From Octopus sinensis (Eukaryota), in contig NW_021825194.1 of the NCBI RefSeq assembly GCF_006345805.1, forward strand, positions 248,001 through 312,000: DNA of 64,000 nucleotides. Reading direction: 5' to 3'. Position 1 is the stretch's first letter; each line of letters begins with the position of its first letter. This document shows, in pieces, positions 38,288 to 52,241 of this stretch. The notes under the pieces were generated by a model that did no database searches, was not told the DNA's origin, and saw nothing but the letters and a program-made list of their open reading frames with translations. Both the position numbers and the translations under genes were made by a program.

Positions 38288-41200
38288 TAATTTTTTATTA
38301 TCCATAAGGACATACATAGAAGGGACTGCACAATGAAATCGAATGATTTTACATGAAATGCGATTGGGGTCCTTTTAAAAATTCTAAATACATTATATAT
38401 AATACGGATGATGATAGGACACAAGAAGACATAACAGATGGAGTAGAGGCGGGTTTATAACGGACCTCGCGACCCCTCCTTACCACTGACCTGGTTTTTT
38501 AAACCATATCGCATTCACGCAGAGCCGTTCATGCCCGACATTCTTCCATGTTGCCAGTTGACATTTTTCGAAACATGTCTTAAGTCAAACATTTCCTCTC
38601 CATTTAAGTGGAAGATGAAAAAATTCACCAGATTAGGGCCAGAGATGAAGGTGCCTAACTTTATTCCTTTCATTCTTGTCCTCCATATAATCCCTCTCGC
38701 AGTTGCTACTGCAGAGAGAAAATAATTCTTACCTTCTTTCGTTAAGAAATCCGGTGGGTTAATTTTTACTATAGATTCAGTCGACAGCTGTACTCTTCCT
38801 CCACCTGACATCAGTTGTTCGGCATAAACCCACACGTCAGACACTTCCGGGCACTGAACAATAGCGTGCGGGACGGTTTCCTTATCCCACCCACACCTTG
38901 GACAGGTCGGAGTGTTTCATGTAAAATCATGCCTTGAGAGTTTATCCCGGACAGGTAAGGCTCCACGATAACAGTGCCAGGCCAAAGACTTCTGAAAATT
39001 ATCTAGGGTCTTCGGCCCGAATGTACGTTGGAACAGACTGGCCACTGATTATCGTCAAAGCCTAGGGTCTCTCCCAATGTATCATCGCATTCCGCCTCTA
39101 CAAACTCTCTATAAAAGACAGCGGTGGAACCACTGCCACAAGCATTACTCGAGCGACGGAAAAGCAGGAGTGCTTTGCGACACCCCGTATACCAAGTACC
39201 CAACGAAACTAGTGAACCTGGGAAACATCTGTTTCGGCAGCGAAGACCACAGCCGTTAACCATCCAGGTAGAGCCACAGGTACCTCTGCCTCAGCGCATG
39301 TCTGCGCATCAGTAGCCAAGGCATCCCTAGCCCACCTTTTAATAGTTGTTGACAGCAAATAGAGCGTCTCACAAGCGGTTTCGAGCCCTGCCACAAGAAG
39401 TGGAAGAGCTGTCTTTCCAGCTTGATCAACCACGAATCAGGACAAGGCACGACGGTAAGGCGGTATGTGATGACCGATGCGATAAACACATTGACCACCT
39501 CCGCCCTCCCTTTCAGAGATAGCCACCGCCAAGGTCTTGGCAATGTGAGCCACTCTGCTCAGTACCTCGACCCAGTTCTTCTCTATTTGGAGGTCTGGTC
39601 CGAACCAAACCACTAGCAACTTAATCGGACCCTCTGTCTAACGTCCCACGACGCTGTCAGGAGGTATCGAATTGCTTCTCTAAGTGCTGTGCTGCAAGCC
39701 GACTGATTTTTCACGATTAACTTTTACTCCTGTCACCGTCTCGTATTCCTCAATGGCCTTGCCTACCCACTGTAGGTGAGCCATTTTGGTCACGATGATG
39801 GTGATGTCATCTGCGTAGGCTGAAACCGACATCTCACAACCTGGCTGTCTCGGAATGACACTCAACTTTCGCTGTAATGGCTCAAAGTGCCATCACATAC
39901 AAAAGCGGGGAGCGCGGACATCCTTGACGAACCAAGCATTTGACGTGGAACAGCTTAGAAAGAAAGCCGTTCACCCGAACTACCGAGTCAATGTTGTCAT
40001 ACATTTGAATGATCCACCTGAGGAAGCCAAGACCCAGGCCGAACTGTGCCAGAACTGACACCAGGTAGTGATGGTCGACCCTATCAAAAGCTTTTGATTG
40101 GTCTAAATGGGCCACTGCCCCTCCCTTGATGGAATCGTTATTAATTCCCTCTATAGTGTATCGTATATGATGGAGATTATCCTGAATGAACCTGCTGGGG
40201 ATGGCACATGTCTGTGCCCCCCGATCAGCCCATCCGCGACACGCGCCAATCTTTTCGATAACACTTTGGCCAAAATCTTCAGCTCTGCGTTGGGCAGAGT
40301 GATGGGCCTAAAATTATCAATGACATCCCTCTTGTTCGGGTCCTTCTTGACGAGCGTAACCACTCCCCGGCGTACAGATCTGGGGATGAGCCCATTCTGT
40401 TTCCAGTTCGCGTAGACACTTGCCAGTAGGTGTCCGAACAAGTCTGGCATACTCTTATACAGCTCGTAGGTTATATCATCCAGCCCTGGCGCCTTACCCG
40501 CGCCTCAGTCCGCCATGGCGTCTTTTACCTCCTCAGGCGTAATCGGTCACTCACTACAGCTCGCATCCTGCCCCGAGAGGCGCGGCAGCCCGGCGAGGAA
40601 GTCCATTACGTGCTTCCAACACTCCGCCCCCTCCCATCAAAAAGCTGGGCGAAGTGGTCCTGAAAGACCTCACACATCTCCTCGGGTTCGTCTATCAACT
40701 TACCTTGTTGGTTCGTCAAAGATCGAATTGTGGCATCATTGCCACCTTGAGCTTCCACCACTCCGGCCCAATCCCGCAGCATTGATTCCCTCGCAACCTG
40801 TTGCACGTTGTCTAGCCCTGAAAATGCAACCCATGTGTTTGGCTTCGAGGTGCTAGTTTAACATCAGCCTCTTGGCTTTCGCCTGAACCGCAGAGCCAGT
40901 TCGCATTGCTTCCTCTAAGTACTTAACTAGAGCTGATTCCCTTCTAGCCTCTCTAGTCACTAAACCTAGGCTATATCTAATAGACTCATATTTAATGGCT
41001 CGCTTGAGGGCATATCACCATTTGTTGTTAATAATGGATCCGGTTAATGCCCTCTGAATTAACATCTTAATCCGGTCTCTCTACTCCTTAATCGCCTAAA
41101 GGGACATATTAAGTTTCCAGTAGCCAGGACCTCTATATAACGTATCTATGTCGAGCTTACAGGTGACCATCTTGTGATCACTGTAGCTGACCATGTGAAA

Positions 41201-43571
41201 CTGTGGACACCTAGCTATCTTCTTATCTACTTTTCTAATTAATACTCTAACTAAATAAGACCTGGAAGATCCGTCGCTATTTGCCCATGTCCACAATGGA
41301 GCGTTCGAAAATTCCAGTCTGCATGGATCTACCAGCTCAAAACGTTCCTAGTAGATCCTGGAAGCAAGCATTACTTCTCCTATTAACACACGAGCCAACA
41401 TAATCTACGCCTGCATCGCAGATTGTGTTATAGTCTCCTAGCACAACTAAGGGATGTGATGTACCAAGAAACTTCTCTAGGTTCCGATAATACTCAGTTT
41501 GCCCTGTATCTTGAGGTGCATAAATTGCAACCAGTCTGATAGTCTTACAACGACTGAACGTCAAGTCAATGACGACCAGCCTACCTTCTGGATCTGCAAA
41601 AATCAACTTTTTCTCAGAAACTCGGTTTCTTTTTAATAGGACCAACAACCCATTTCCGCTATGAGGACAGCACGGAGAGATGAAACTCTCGTAACCGTCA
41701 AACAGCGGAAGCAAATCTCTTGGCCCCTTCAACCGGGTTTTTGTAGCAACATCTAAATCCTGTGACATGACGTCATTCAGGAGGCGTCCTTGCTTCCAAG
41801 TAAACATGAGGCCACGCACATTTATACATCCAACGTGAATGCTTGACATGGACTTACCTTAGTCAGTGGTACTCTCTTTTTCACTGATTCGTGGGGTGAT
41901 ATTTTGACATAGGTCCTCGTACATCGACTTGTTAAAATCAAGTCTTGGAGGACCCACGTCAGTTGGGTGGTGGTTTCTTAAGATGCGATAGTTCATTTTA
42001 TCTATTTTATAAATGGCAATATTTTCTGGAGTCTTATGGTGATGTTTGTAAATTGACGCCGTTGGTATTTGCTTTAATCTGTTTTTTAATTGTTCGTTAT
42101 CATTGTTTATTGCAGTCAGTATTTCCTTATATTTGTTAGATTTTCTTGGACTTGATATCGGGCACAGATTGCCTGGGCTTGGCGGATGAGAGGTGATGTC
42201 TGGGAGAGGGGGGAAATCCGAACTAGAAGGACAAGGGGGGATTCATCGCCGAGGGAGGGATAGGATGAGGTGGAATCTGATATTGTTGACTTTGGGAGGA
42301 ATAGTGGTGGGGTGGGGTAATTTTTCTTTGAGTGTCCTGAGTTTTTCTTTTGGTTGTTGTTATTATTTTTCCTGTTTTTTGGTTCTTACTACCGACCAGC
42401 CGTCTTTTTCACCGGCTTGTTGAACACCATCAGTGCTGGGGCTCTGCTGGTCGGTCCTTTGGTTTAGCTCTTTTTTCTTTTGTTCTTTTTTCTTCTTCTT
42501 TTTTCTCCTTGCGGGTGGGGAAGTTTACCCGAATGTGGACTTTTTCGCCAAATTCGTAGCATCTGGGTTTCCTGCCCTCCACCATTACCCGCAAGGTGGT
42601 TTCTTCTCCTTTATGGATGTTCTCAGCAATTTCTTCTAACGTCTAGAGGGGGGGGGATTGGATTATGATCTCTAACCCTTGGCTCCGCCAGTTCTGTTGT
42701 TGTATTCTGACAGCTTCAATCATCTTGATTTTATCCCCAAGCCCAATTAGAAGGGCTGAGATAATCCAGATGACATTTATTTCCGGTGGGATTTCCTCAA
42801 TAACTATTTTGGATGTTCTCCTACCTGTATAAGTTGGCAATAAAATGACTTCATTGGTTTTTATCGGTTGGAGCGAGTGTTTTGTAGCCTTTTCCTCATT
42901 TTTGAACTACACCACTACTGTGGGGTATCTTCTCCCTCTGGTCAAGAACTCGATGTCTTACCAGATGGGTTGTAGTCACTTCTCGATTTGTTCTTTGGAT
43001 ACCTTGTCTATTTTCTTGTCTCTTATTATCATTGTCTTATATGTTATTATTTTCCTCTTTGCTTCTTCGATGAGGTCGTTAGGGAGGGTGGCTTTAAACA
43101 TCAAAACCTTCCCTTTCGAACATACCTCTGTGTTGCCGCAGTGAATCTAGCTCTATGTTCAATTTATCTTTTCTCACACCGGCTGCGGTGGCAAAATTAA
43201 TCTTCCTTTGGTTGTCTTCTGTTGGGTTTACTTTTCCATTGTTCATTTTATCGTTTTCAGAATTTATTTTTCTTTCTTGGTTCCTTTTTCCGTTTATTGC
43301 ATTTATGTGGTTTTCGTTCACATTTCTTTCATTTTGTTTTGTTTTACAGTTGCTCTTTGGTTAGCTTGGTCAGGCTTAGAAGACTTGTCCTCCGAATTCA
43401 TTTTCACAAAAATAAATATTTTCCTAAATATTTTTTCCTAAAATTATTTCAAAACACTATGTCTGTTAAAACAGAACGTAGGACAATAAGAAAAGTTCAA
43501 AATTTAACAATAAATGGCAACAATAACAATAAATAATAATAACAATTACTGACCAAATTCTCGCAAATTAA
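38288..43571 (-). mobile_element. second full-length Tx1/L1-like LINE (about 5.28 kb), decayed
   Basis: ORF1 with knuckle relic (GRKPRCYE..HIRVN); ORF2 from 41849 (IHVGCINVRGL, AIYAP, LGDYN, FRPITLPNAELKILAK, LDQSKAFDRVDH, VRQGCP, AYADDI) to 38515; 3' AATAAAAAATTA. Confidence 0.9.
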
Positions 43572-43588
43572 CTGCAGCTTGCCGCCTT
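43572..43588 (-). mobile_element. displaced 5' tip of the SINE at 38100-38287
   Basis: Minus strand aaggcggcaagctgcag joins agaaacgttagc to rebuild an A-box head of the type GGCGGCGAGCTGGCAGAAACGTTAGC (recalled consensus). Confidence 0.65.
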
Positions 43589-43616
43589 CCATGGAAGTAA
43601 TATTAATGGCAGAGAA

Positions 43617-43920
43617 GGCGCGTGACTTAGTGGTTAGGATATTCGGCTCACATTTGTAAGATCGTGAGTTCGATTTCCGCTGTGCGTTATGTCCTGGAGC
43701 AAAACACTTTATTTCACCTTGCTCCGGCCCACTTAGCTGGCAAAAATGAGTAGTGTTTGTATTTCGGAGTGCCAGCTTTGTCACATTCTCTTCCGCACTG
43801 AATACCTCTGAGAACTACGCTAAGGGTACAGTTGTTTGTGGAGTGCTCAGCCACTTTCACGTTAATCTCACGTTGATCGGATCAACTGGTACCCTCGTCG
43901 TTGTAACTGACGAAGTGCCA
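43617..43920 (+). mobile_element. tRNA-derived SINE, third family, full length
   Basis: A-box tgacttagtggtt, B-box gagttcgattt, central gtcctggagcaaaacact, 3' ctcgtcgttgtaactgacgaagtgcca. Confidence 0.8.
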
Positions 43921-44518
43921 GTTTTTAATATTAATGACACAGTAAATATGTTTATTGCATTATTTGTTGCTAACTTACCTCTATGGCTATTGCAAAAAGG
44001 TATATCTGTATATGGTATGATTATTATGTAGTAGTACCCAACAGGGCAGCCTCCTCGTAATTGCTCAATTTTCAAGAAGCAGCCCAAATCTACAAATCAT
44101 TTTTAAAATAGGACTCATTCAGTAATGTAACACTGTCTGACATTAAAAAAAAAAGAAGAAAATAGTCGCAACTAGAAAGCCTTTAATCATATGTCTATTC
44201 GATTAGAAATGGAGTAAGAACTTTGTTTTGAAAAGAAAAATGGTAAGGATATTGTTTGAATTATGAATTTAGTTGGTTTTGGTTACTGTTACATTTAAAT
44301 TAACTATTTATATCTTTAGAATTAATATTATTTCGCATGCTTCTGTACGAGAGAGAAGCTATATTTATAATCATTACAGTAGAAACGAAGGGAAAAATTC
44401 TAATTCCGTTATACATTTATTTTATATACCGAAAACAAATATGAGTGTCCGATACGCATAAGAAGTAAATGAAGCGTAGTAATAGTGTGATGCTCAATTT
44501 CCCCCACATAACTTGTAA

Positions 44519-47500
44519 TCTCTCTATATATAAAACTGAGAATGTGTGTCTGTCTGTGTGTTTCCCTAAAACTTGAGAACTACACAACCAATTTCATTCA
44601 AATTTTACACATGCCTTACTTAAGGTCCGGGGAGTGTCATCGCAAAAAAATTTAAATTTTTGCCTAGGGCGACCCCACAGCAATATCATATCTTCCCCAC
44701 TATTTCAGTATTACGTGCTAAAAGTGAAACAAAAACATCTCTCTATTGTAATGCAGACACTTTCACTTTAATACTGAAACTATTAAAGTGAAAGTATTAT
44801 ATAACAGGGATGAACCATTAACAGTGGTCATCCATTTTGCAAGAAGAAGATCCGCTATGGTCTTATATGCTACACCACTGGTTTTCAATTCATATTAATC
44901 AAATTAATATTCAATTTTCACCCTTATTATGTATGTGTGTGTGTGTATTAGCAATTCGTATAAAATTGCATCAATGACTTGAACTTGAATAAGTGGTTTC
45001 ACATAAATGGGGATAAATTAAAAAGGTTTGTTGTTATTATTACTACTGTTTGACTATTGTAATCACGTTTGTTGGTTCCTCGTAAGGGAAACGTTGTTGT
45101 GTTGCATTTGTTAAATAATTGTAAACCGTAACCCTCCCCCTTTCGGAGAAGGGGCTTTGGTTATTGTTTAAAAATTGAATTGTGTCCCTGTTTGGGGAAA
45201 TTGACAATATTTTCACCGTCTTTACGGAAGCATTTTTGTTAAAATGTCTTCGATAGAAGAAAGTTCACAAATGAATTTCGCTGCAGCCGTACACTTCTAT
45301 ACAAGAGGGAGGACAAGATCCAATTGATCGAAATTACAAGAGACGGGCCTACGATTCCAGTCTGTTATATATTTTTAGTATTGTTATCACTAGCGATATC
45401 AAGATATAACTTTGTATTTTGTATTTTATGTGTAGATGTATATATATAGATGTACATGTAATATGTACACATATATATACACATATATACATGCATAATA
45501 TATCTACCCATACACACATACGCACACACACACACGCACATACATAGGGGCAGGTGTTGCTGTGTGGTAACAAGCTACGTTCCAAACATATGGTCCTGGG
45601 TTCAGTCCCACTGTGTGGTAACTTGGCATGTCAATTGTGCATTCCAAATGACATCTTTCGGCGCTAATGTTGTTCAAGAAGGCGTGTTTATGCCAACTTT
45701 CAAAGTGCAGGGACAGGTTTACCATAGGATAGGATCACTCGAACCTGCTGAAAATCAAGATCCTCAATTCCTTCCACTGTACTTTGTAGGTAATTTACAT
45801 GAACAAGTCACCCGACGAAATTCCATTTCCACAGGTACTAACTTTCACTTGATAATGCAACTGCAAGACCTTTTGCACCAGAAAAACAGCTACGTACACA
45901 ACTTCAAGTATACCTTGGAAACAGAAGATTCCTCAAATTTTAATGTTATCATTGATGCCCAGAAAAGACCATCTAGGGAACATGCAGGCCGTTACAATGC
46001 ACCCACATGCAATGAAATAGCTGTACTCCTTCACGGTGAACAGTACAATCCCGGAGACATTGTCCTCAGGCGACGTGACACCACCCTCCAACGAATTAGT
46101 GAAACACACAGATCATAGGATTCACTCCAATACCTACTTCTGTTTATTAACGGTGAGGATGGCTACATCCTCAAAATCTTAATGAACATCTCAACAAACC
46201 AATATCCTGCATGGACTTCTACTCATACAGATTTATGACCCGAAACAACTGCTGTAATCACCTCCACCAGTCTCGAGAGCTGTTTCATCAATTTGCAGTC
46301 GATATGTGCGTAAAAATGGAATCAGAGAGATTGTGTTTCATCAGGTTACATAAAAAAAAATTGCGATCTGACAGCTACATCCATTTCCGAGATGCCCTCA
46401 ACAATAATGCTGCTCCAACAAACATAGGAAGACTTTGCATCTTGCCTTCTACATTCACTGGAAGTCCCCGATACATGCATGAAAGAACACAGGATGCAAT
46501 GACCTTTGTCCGCCATTACGGCAGGCCTGACCTATTCATAACTTTCACATACAATCCCAAGTGGAAGGAGATCTAGGCCGAAACTCCTTCTTCGGTCAAA
46601 AGCCTAAAGACAGGCATGACCTCCTCGCCCGAGTTTTCCATCTGAAGTTAATCTCTCTCATGGAGCTCATACAAAAAGGTCAAGTCTTTGGGCCCATACA
46701 ATGTGACATGTACACAATCGAGTGGCAAAAAAGGGCCTTCCACATGCTCATATCCTGCTTTGGCTCTCAGCGAAGATCAATTCCAATGACATCGACAAGA
46801 TAATCTCTGCAGAGCTTCCTGATCCAGCTTTAGACAAAGAACTATACGAAATAGTTAAAGCAAACATGGTACATGGTCCATGTGAGCGTGGATTCAATAT
46901 AAACTCACCATGCTTGAAGGACAGTATATGTTCAAAAAGATTTCCAAGGAGGTTCCTACAAGAAATTCAGACAGGTGCTGATGGGTATCCATCATACAGA
47001 CGCAGAAAACCAGAAGACGGGGGTTTCACAGCAACTATCGGACAGCACGATATTGATAATAGATGGATTGTTCCATACTGCCCACTCCTGTCAAAGACTT
47101 TCAATGCCCACATCAACGTTGAGTTTTGCAACTCCGTTAAATCCATCAAGTACGTTTGCAAATATGTAAACAAGGGTTCTGACGCTGCAATGTTTGGACT
47201 TCAACAAGAATACTGCCAGGATGAGGTGACGCATTATCAGGTGGGACGGTACATAAGTAGCAACGAGGCTTTCTGGCGCATCTTTGGCTTTCCAATTCAC
47301 CAACGACACCGCAGTGCACCTGGAAAATGGTCAAAGAGTGTACTTCACCGATGCTAATGCTTCTCTGTTGGCAGAGGAAACAAGGGATAGCACACTCACT
47401 GCATTCTTCAAGCTTTGTCAAGTGGATCCATTCGCTCAGACCTTGCTGTATCCACAGATTCCATCGTACTACACTTAGAATGGAAAAAAATGGGCCCCAC

Positions 47501-49062
47501 GGAAAGCAGGTCAAAATGTTCATGGATACCCTGGCATTAAGTTTCACACTTGCCTTGGGCGAGTATACACAGTGCATCCCACTCAACAAGAGTGCTTCTA
47601 CCTTCGTCTACTACTGCATGAAGTCAGAGGGCCAACGTCTTTCCAGGTCCTAAAAACTGTTCGTGGACATGTCTGCACAACATACAGAGAAGCCTGCTAT
47701 CGACAAGGTCTGTTATAAGATGGTGCACAATGGGATGCAACTTTAGAAGAGGCTGCTTTATCACAATCACCTAAAAGTCTCAGGACACTATTTGCAGTAT
47801 TACTACAGGCATGCGAACTGTGTGATCCGGCCACTCTATGGCTCAAATATAGAGACAACCTGGCTGAAGACTTTCAGCGCCAAGCTCAACTGCTCTATCC
47901 TGACATGGAGGGTATCAGCAATGAAATCTATAACAAAACACTCATTGACATTGAGGACAGAATTGCTAAACTGGGTGGAAATGAATTGTCGACGTATGGC
48001 CTGCCACAAGCATTCAGGTCAGGGTCAAATAGCCTTTCCACTGCTGTCATTTGTGAAACAACCTACGACACTCAAGCGCTTTCAAAGTACATTGTTGAAA
48101 ATGAGCCTAAATTACTTCCGGGCCAGCTGCAGTCCTACAGAACTATTCTTAACAGTGTACGCCGACGCGAGGGACGAATCTTCTTCCTCGATGCTCCTGG
48201 AGGGACAGGAAAAACATTTATTACAAAGCTTCTCCTTGCAGAAGTTAGGCAGCATCAGGACATTGCAGTAGCTGTAGCCTCCTCTGGCATTGCAGTTACT
48301 TTGTTACCCGGTGGCAGGACAGCACACTCAACTTTTAAACTCCCTCTCAATTTAGCAGCATCCGAAATGCCTTGATGCAGCATCAACAAAAGCTCAGATC
48401 AGGGACAAGTACTTAAAATGTGTCATCTAATTGTCTGGGATGAGTGCACTATGGCTCACAAGGAAGCTTTGGAAGCATTAGATAGAGCCCTGAAAGACAT
48501 CCGAGACTGTCAGGCTCCAATGGGAGGTGTAACGCTTCTGTTGTCAGGTGATTTCAGGCAAACTCTTCCTGTCATTCCGAAAGGCACTAGAGCAGATGAA
48601 GTTCAAGCATGCCTAAAGTCATCTACCCTGTGGCATCATGTTACAATCTTTAGTTTCACCACTAACATGAGAGCTCAGCTACACGGCGACAAAATGTCCA
48701 CAAAGTTTGCACAGAACATTTTGACACTTGGTGAAGGCAAGATGCCTCTCGATGCTGCAAGACAAATGGAAGTGTGGTCATTTTCCTCTGTTGTTAGATG
48801 ACCTCAAAAACAAAGTCTTTCCCAACTTCATACAAAACTACCAAAATCACAATTGGCTGTGTGAAAGAGCAATATTAGCTCCAAAAACGTCGCTGTTAAC
48901 AGAATTAATCAACAGCTAATGCATTCTATTCCCGGCATTATACACACTTACAAGTCTGTTGATACAATTCCAGATATAAAGTTGTGAACTATCCTCCTGA
49001 ATTTCTCAATTCACTGCAGCCTCCTGGACTACCTCCACACATATTAGCATTTAAAGTTGGGT
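44519..49062 (+). mobile_element. Helitron with decayed RepHel ORF, 3'-truncated
   Basis: A|TC 5' end; FQMTSFGA, QGQVYHRIGSL, LPSTFTGSPRYM, YGRPDLFITFT.NPKW, EWQKRGLPHAHIL (HUH), KYVCKYVNKGSD (Y2), DAPGGTGKT, VASSGIA..GGRTAHS.FKLP, WDECTM, GDFRQTLPV, PPGLPPH. Confidence 0.95.
45547..45632 (+). mobile_element. SINE head fragment (same family as 7468-7856) fused to Helitron Rep
   Basis: ttgctgtgtggtaacaagct..ggtcctgggttcagtcccactgtgtggtaacttggca, then directly (N)CAFQMTSFGA. Confidence 0.7.
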
Positions 49063-51270
49063 ATGCGTGCATATTAAGACGTGTTCTGTATTTTTTAATG
49101 AAAAAAGTTTCTTTACTTAAACGTTCTAGTGGAGAGTTTGTGTCTTTGCACTGGTAGAAGGGGAAGACTGTGAAATTTGGTTTCATGTTATCTGCACATT
49201 TGTCTATATGTTCACTGAGAGGAATTTGCCTGTATTGTGGGAAACGGATTTGCTCTTTATGTAAAGTGGTTCTCCTTCTCAAGGTCATACTCGTTTGTCC
49301 AAAATAGTTGTGTCCGCAAACCGAGCAGGTTATTACATAGATTAGGTTCTCAGAGGCACAAGTGAAACTAGTTTTAATTGTGAACCTCTGTCCTTGTTTG
49401 AAAAGGAAATCCGAGCCTTCAAGCAGGTTGGGGCAGGTTCCACAGTTTGGGCATCCACATTTTTCAACCGGTGGTTTCGTGTTTTTTTTTTTTTGTAAAG
49501 CTTCGCATTTGTTAGTAGTCTCTTTAGCGATTTGTCCTGTTTTTTTAATTTGATGAGTTTGTGTGTTTTCAGGATGTCGTTCATTTTTGGATCTCTAGTT
49601 AATAAAGGAAGAGTTCGCACAATAGTGTTGAATGCCTCACTGTTTCTGGGGCTGTGTGTTGATATAAATAGTAATGTTTTGAGTTGAGGTGTGGTGTTAT
49701 GTTTTGTTGTTCTTAGTGTTTTTATGTCTAATTATTTGGCATGTTTAATTCCCTCGTCGATTAGTGAGGGTGGATTAGTCTTTCAATAAGCGTTGTTTTG
49801 AGGTCTAGAAGACGAAGGTCCCGAGTTGTTCTATCAGACACTATTGTGCAAATCCTTTTTTGCCAAATTGAAAGGGATATTTATTTTGATGTGTTTCGGG
49901 TGGCATGAGTTAAAGAGGAGATATTGTTTTGAATCAGTTGGTTTATAATAAATGTCAGTTATGATTTCATTGTTAACTTTTTTTTTATCATGATGTCTAA
50001 AAATGGGAGTTGTTCTTTGTTATATTCCATTGTGAATTGAATGTTACTATTTATATCATTTAGTGTTGATTTGAAGTCCAAAAGTTTGTCGATGTTCTCC
50101 TTCCAAATGATAAGACAGTCATCCAGGTATCTCTTCCAATTTTCTCTAATGTAGAGGTAAAGTGGGTAACTATATTTCTAAAGTGATACTTCATATAAGG
50201 TGAATTCGAAATAACCCATTATTAGGTTCGCAGAACAGGAGCTGCTTTCGTTCCCATCGCAATTCCGCATTTCTGACGATAGTATGTGTCATCAAATAGG
50301 AAATAATTGTTCTGAAGTATAAATTTTAAGGATTCAATAATAAAGATCTGGTTTATGCGTTCCGGGAGAACTTCGGGGTACTTTTCCAACCAGAATTTAA
50401 TTGCTTTTATTCCATAGTCATGGGGGATGTTGGTGTAAAGATTGATAACATCGAGGGTAACCAATATTGCCTCTTCATTAATTGTTTTTGGCAGGTGTTG
50501 TAGCATGTCTAAATCATCTCTAATGAAACTTTTGATGTATTTCAGCAAGGGTTTCAGTGGGATGTCTAGAAAATTGCTTAGGCGGTGGGTTTCACAGACT
50601 GGCCCAGCTACAAAGTTAAGTCTTCTGGCTTTTGGATATTTATATATTTGCCTGGTGATTGTTTGCAGGCTTCATTAATTATCTTGCTCTTGTGTATTTT
50701 AGGAAGGCCGTAAAAAAGACTGGGTTTACATTTGAAGTTCGTGATGTAGTCTGTTTCTTTTTCTGTCAGGCCTTTTCCACGTAGAAGAATTAAGGATGCA
50801 AGATTTTTCATTGTTTTTTGTTTATAGTTTTTAACTTTTTCGTAGAAGGCCTCGTTTTCTAGTATGGATAGTACTAGTTTTTTTATAGTGTTCCGTGTCC
50901 ATCAGAACTACAGCACTTCCTTTGTCTGCTTCTTTAATTGCCAGGTTTTTGTGGTTTTGTAGTTCAGTCAGATTTTTCCATTCTTGATTGTTGAGGTTCG
51001 GATTAATTTTTCGTTTATTGGAAATTCCGAAATATTGTCTTTAATTTCATTATGGTTAGCTCTTCGTGGGGTTGGAGTGAACTTTAAACCTTTGGCTAGT
51101 ATATTGATTATTGTTATAGAGAGTATTTTCTTGGATAAGTTAATCACTTTGGGTTTCTCCTGTACATTTTGTTCCAACGTATGTCCCTGTTTCTCTCCAC
51201 CTGCTCTAAAAAATGTTTATTGTAATTTGGTTGGGAGGGGTAAAGGGTGTTATTATTGTTATTAATTAAA
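49063..51270 (-). mobile_element. PLE (Neptune/Poseidon-like) RT-GIY-YIG, decayed
   Basis: MEQNVQEKPKVINLS..KGLKFTPTP, KEADKG, FYGLPKIHK, LDVINLYTNIPH, GIAMGTKAAP, RYLDDC, YFGQTSMTLRRRTT. Confidence 0.92.
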
Positions 51271-51356
51271 TCAGTATTATTAGTACTTATTATATTCGGA
51301 TTGCTGGGGGGGGGTCTTGCTGCCTGGGTAAACTGGTTGGGAGCACGTGGTTAGGT

Positions 51357-51425
51357 TATATATATATACATATATATATATACATATATATATATACATA
51401 TATATTATATATATATATATATACA

Positions 51426-51488
<63 letters not shown>

Positions 51489-51492
51489 ATAT
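51357..51492. repeat. (AT)n microsatellite
   Basis: Read directly. Confidence 0.95.
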
Positions 51493-51494
51493 CT

Positions 51495-52241
51495 TATAAA
51501 TAAGGGCAAACGAAAAAATTTCTAATGCCAATATGCCGAAAATTGGACATATTGTCCATTTATCATATCATTTTCCCCCAGTACGCACGCTACTCGAAAA
51601 AAGGTCGACAGAAATCTCTAAAAAATTCCATTATTACCATATCGGACCGATTTCAGGGTTAGTTAAAAAAAGGTTATTTATAAGTTGTTTATAATTTAAC
51701 CTTTAAAGGTATTTTTTAATATGCTGGCCATTGATAGAATTTTTTTCGAAAAAATTTTATCCTACATTAGATATGAATTTAATAGTGTTCACTTCCGGAC
51801 TCTCCCACTCTGTGAGTGCCTCAGTTCAAATCGCACGTGTCTTGGAGTATTTCTATTTTGGATTTATTTGGGGTACTTAGTTGTGCTCATGACTTAGTGT
51901 TTGCTTCTTCCATGGGTATGAGTAAGTATCTCACTTACTTCTTTGCCACATGTATCACTGACGAAGGGAGGGTTTTTTTTAACTAACCCTGAAATCGGTC
52001 CGATATGGTAATAATTGAATTTTTTAGAGATTTCTGTCGGCCTTTTTTCGAGTAGCGTGCGCACTGGGGAAAAAATGATATGGTAAATGGACAATATGTC
52101 CAATTTTCGTCATATTTGGCATTAGAAATTTTTTCGTTTGCCCTTATTTATAAGTTGTTTATAATTTAACCTTTAAAGGTATTTTTTGATATGCTGGCCA
52201 TTGATAAAAAATTTTTTCGAAAAAAATGTATCCTACATTAG

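Noticed and set aside
38287-43571. TTAA at both LINE boundaries, suggesting a piggyBac TSD
   Set aside because: No TIRs, the content is a LINE with a poly(A) signal, and TTAA does not fit the rebuilt SINE.
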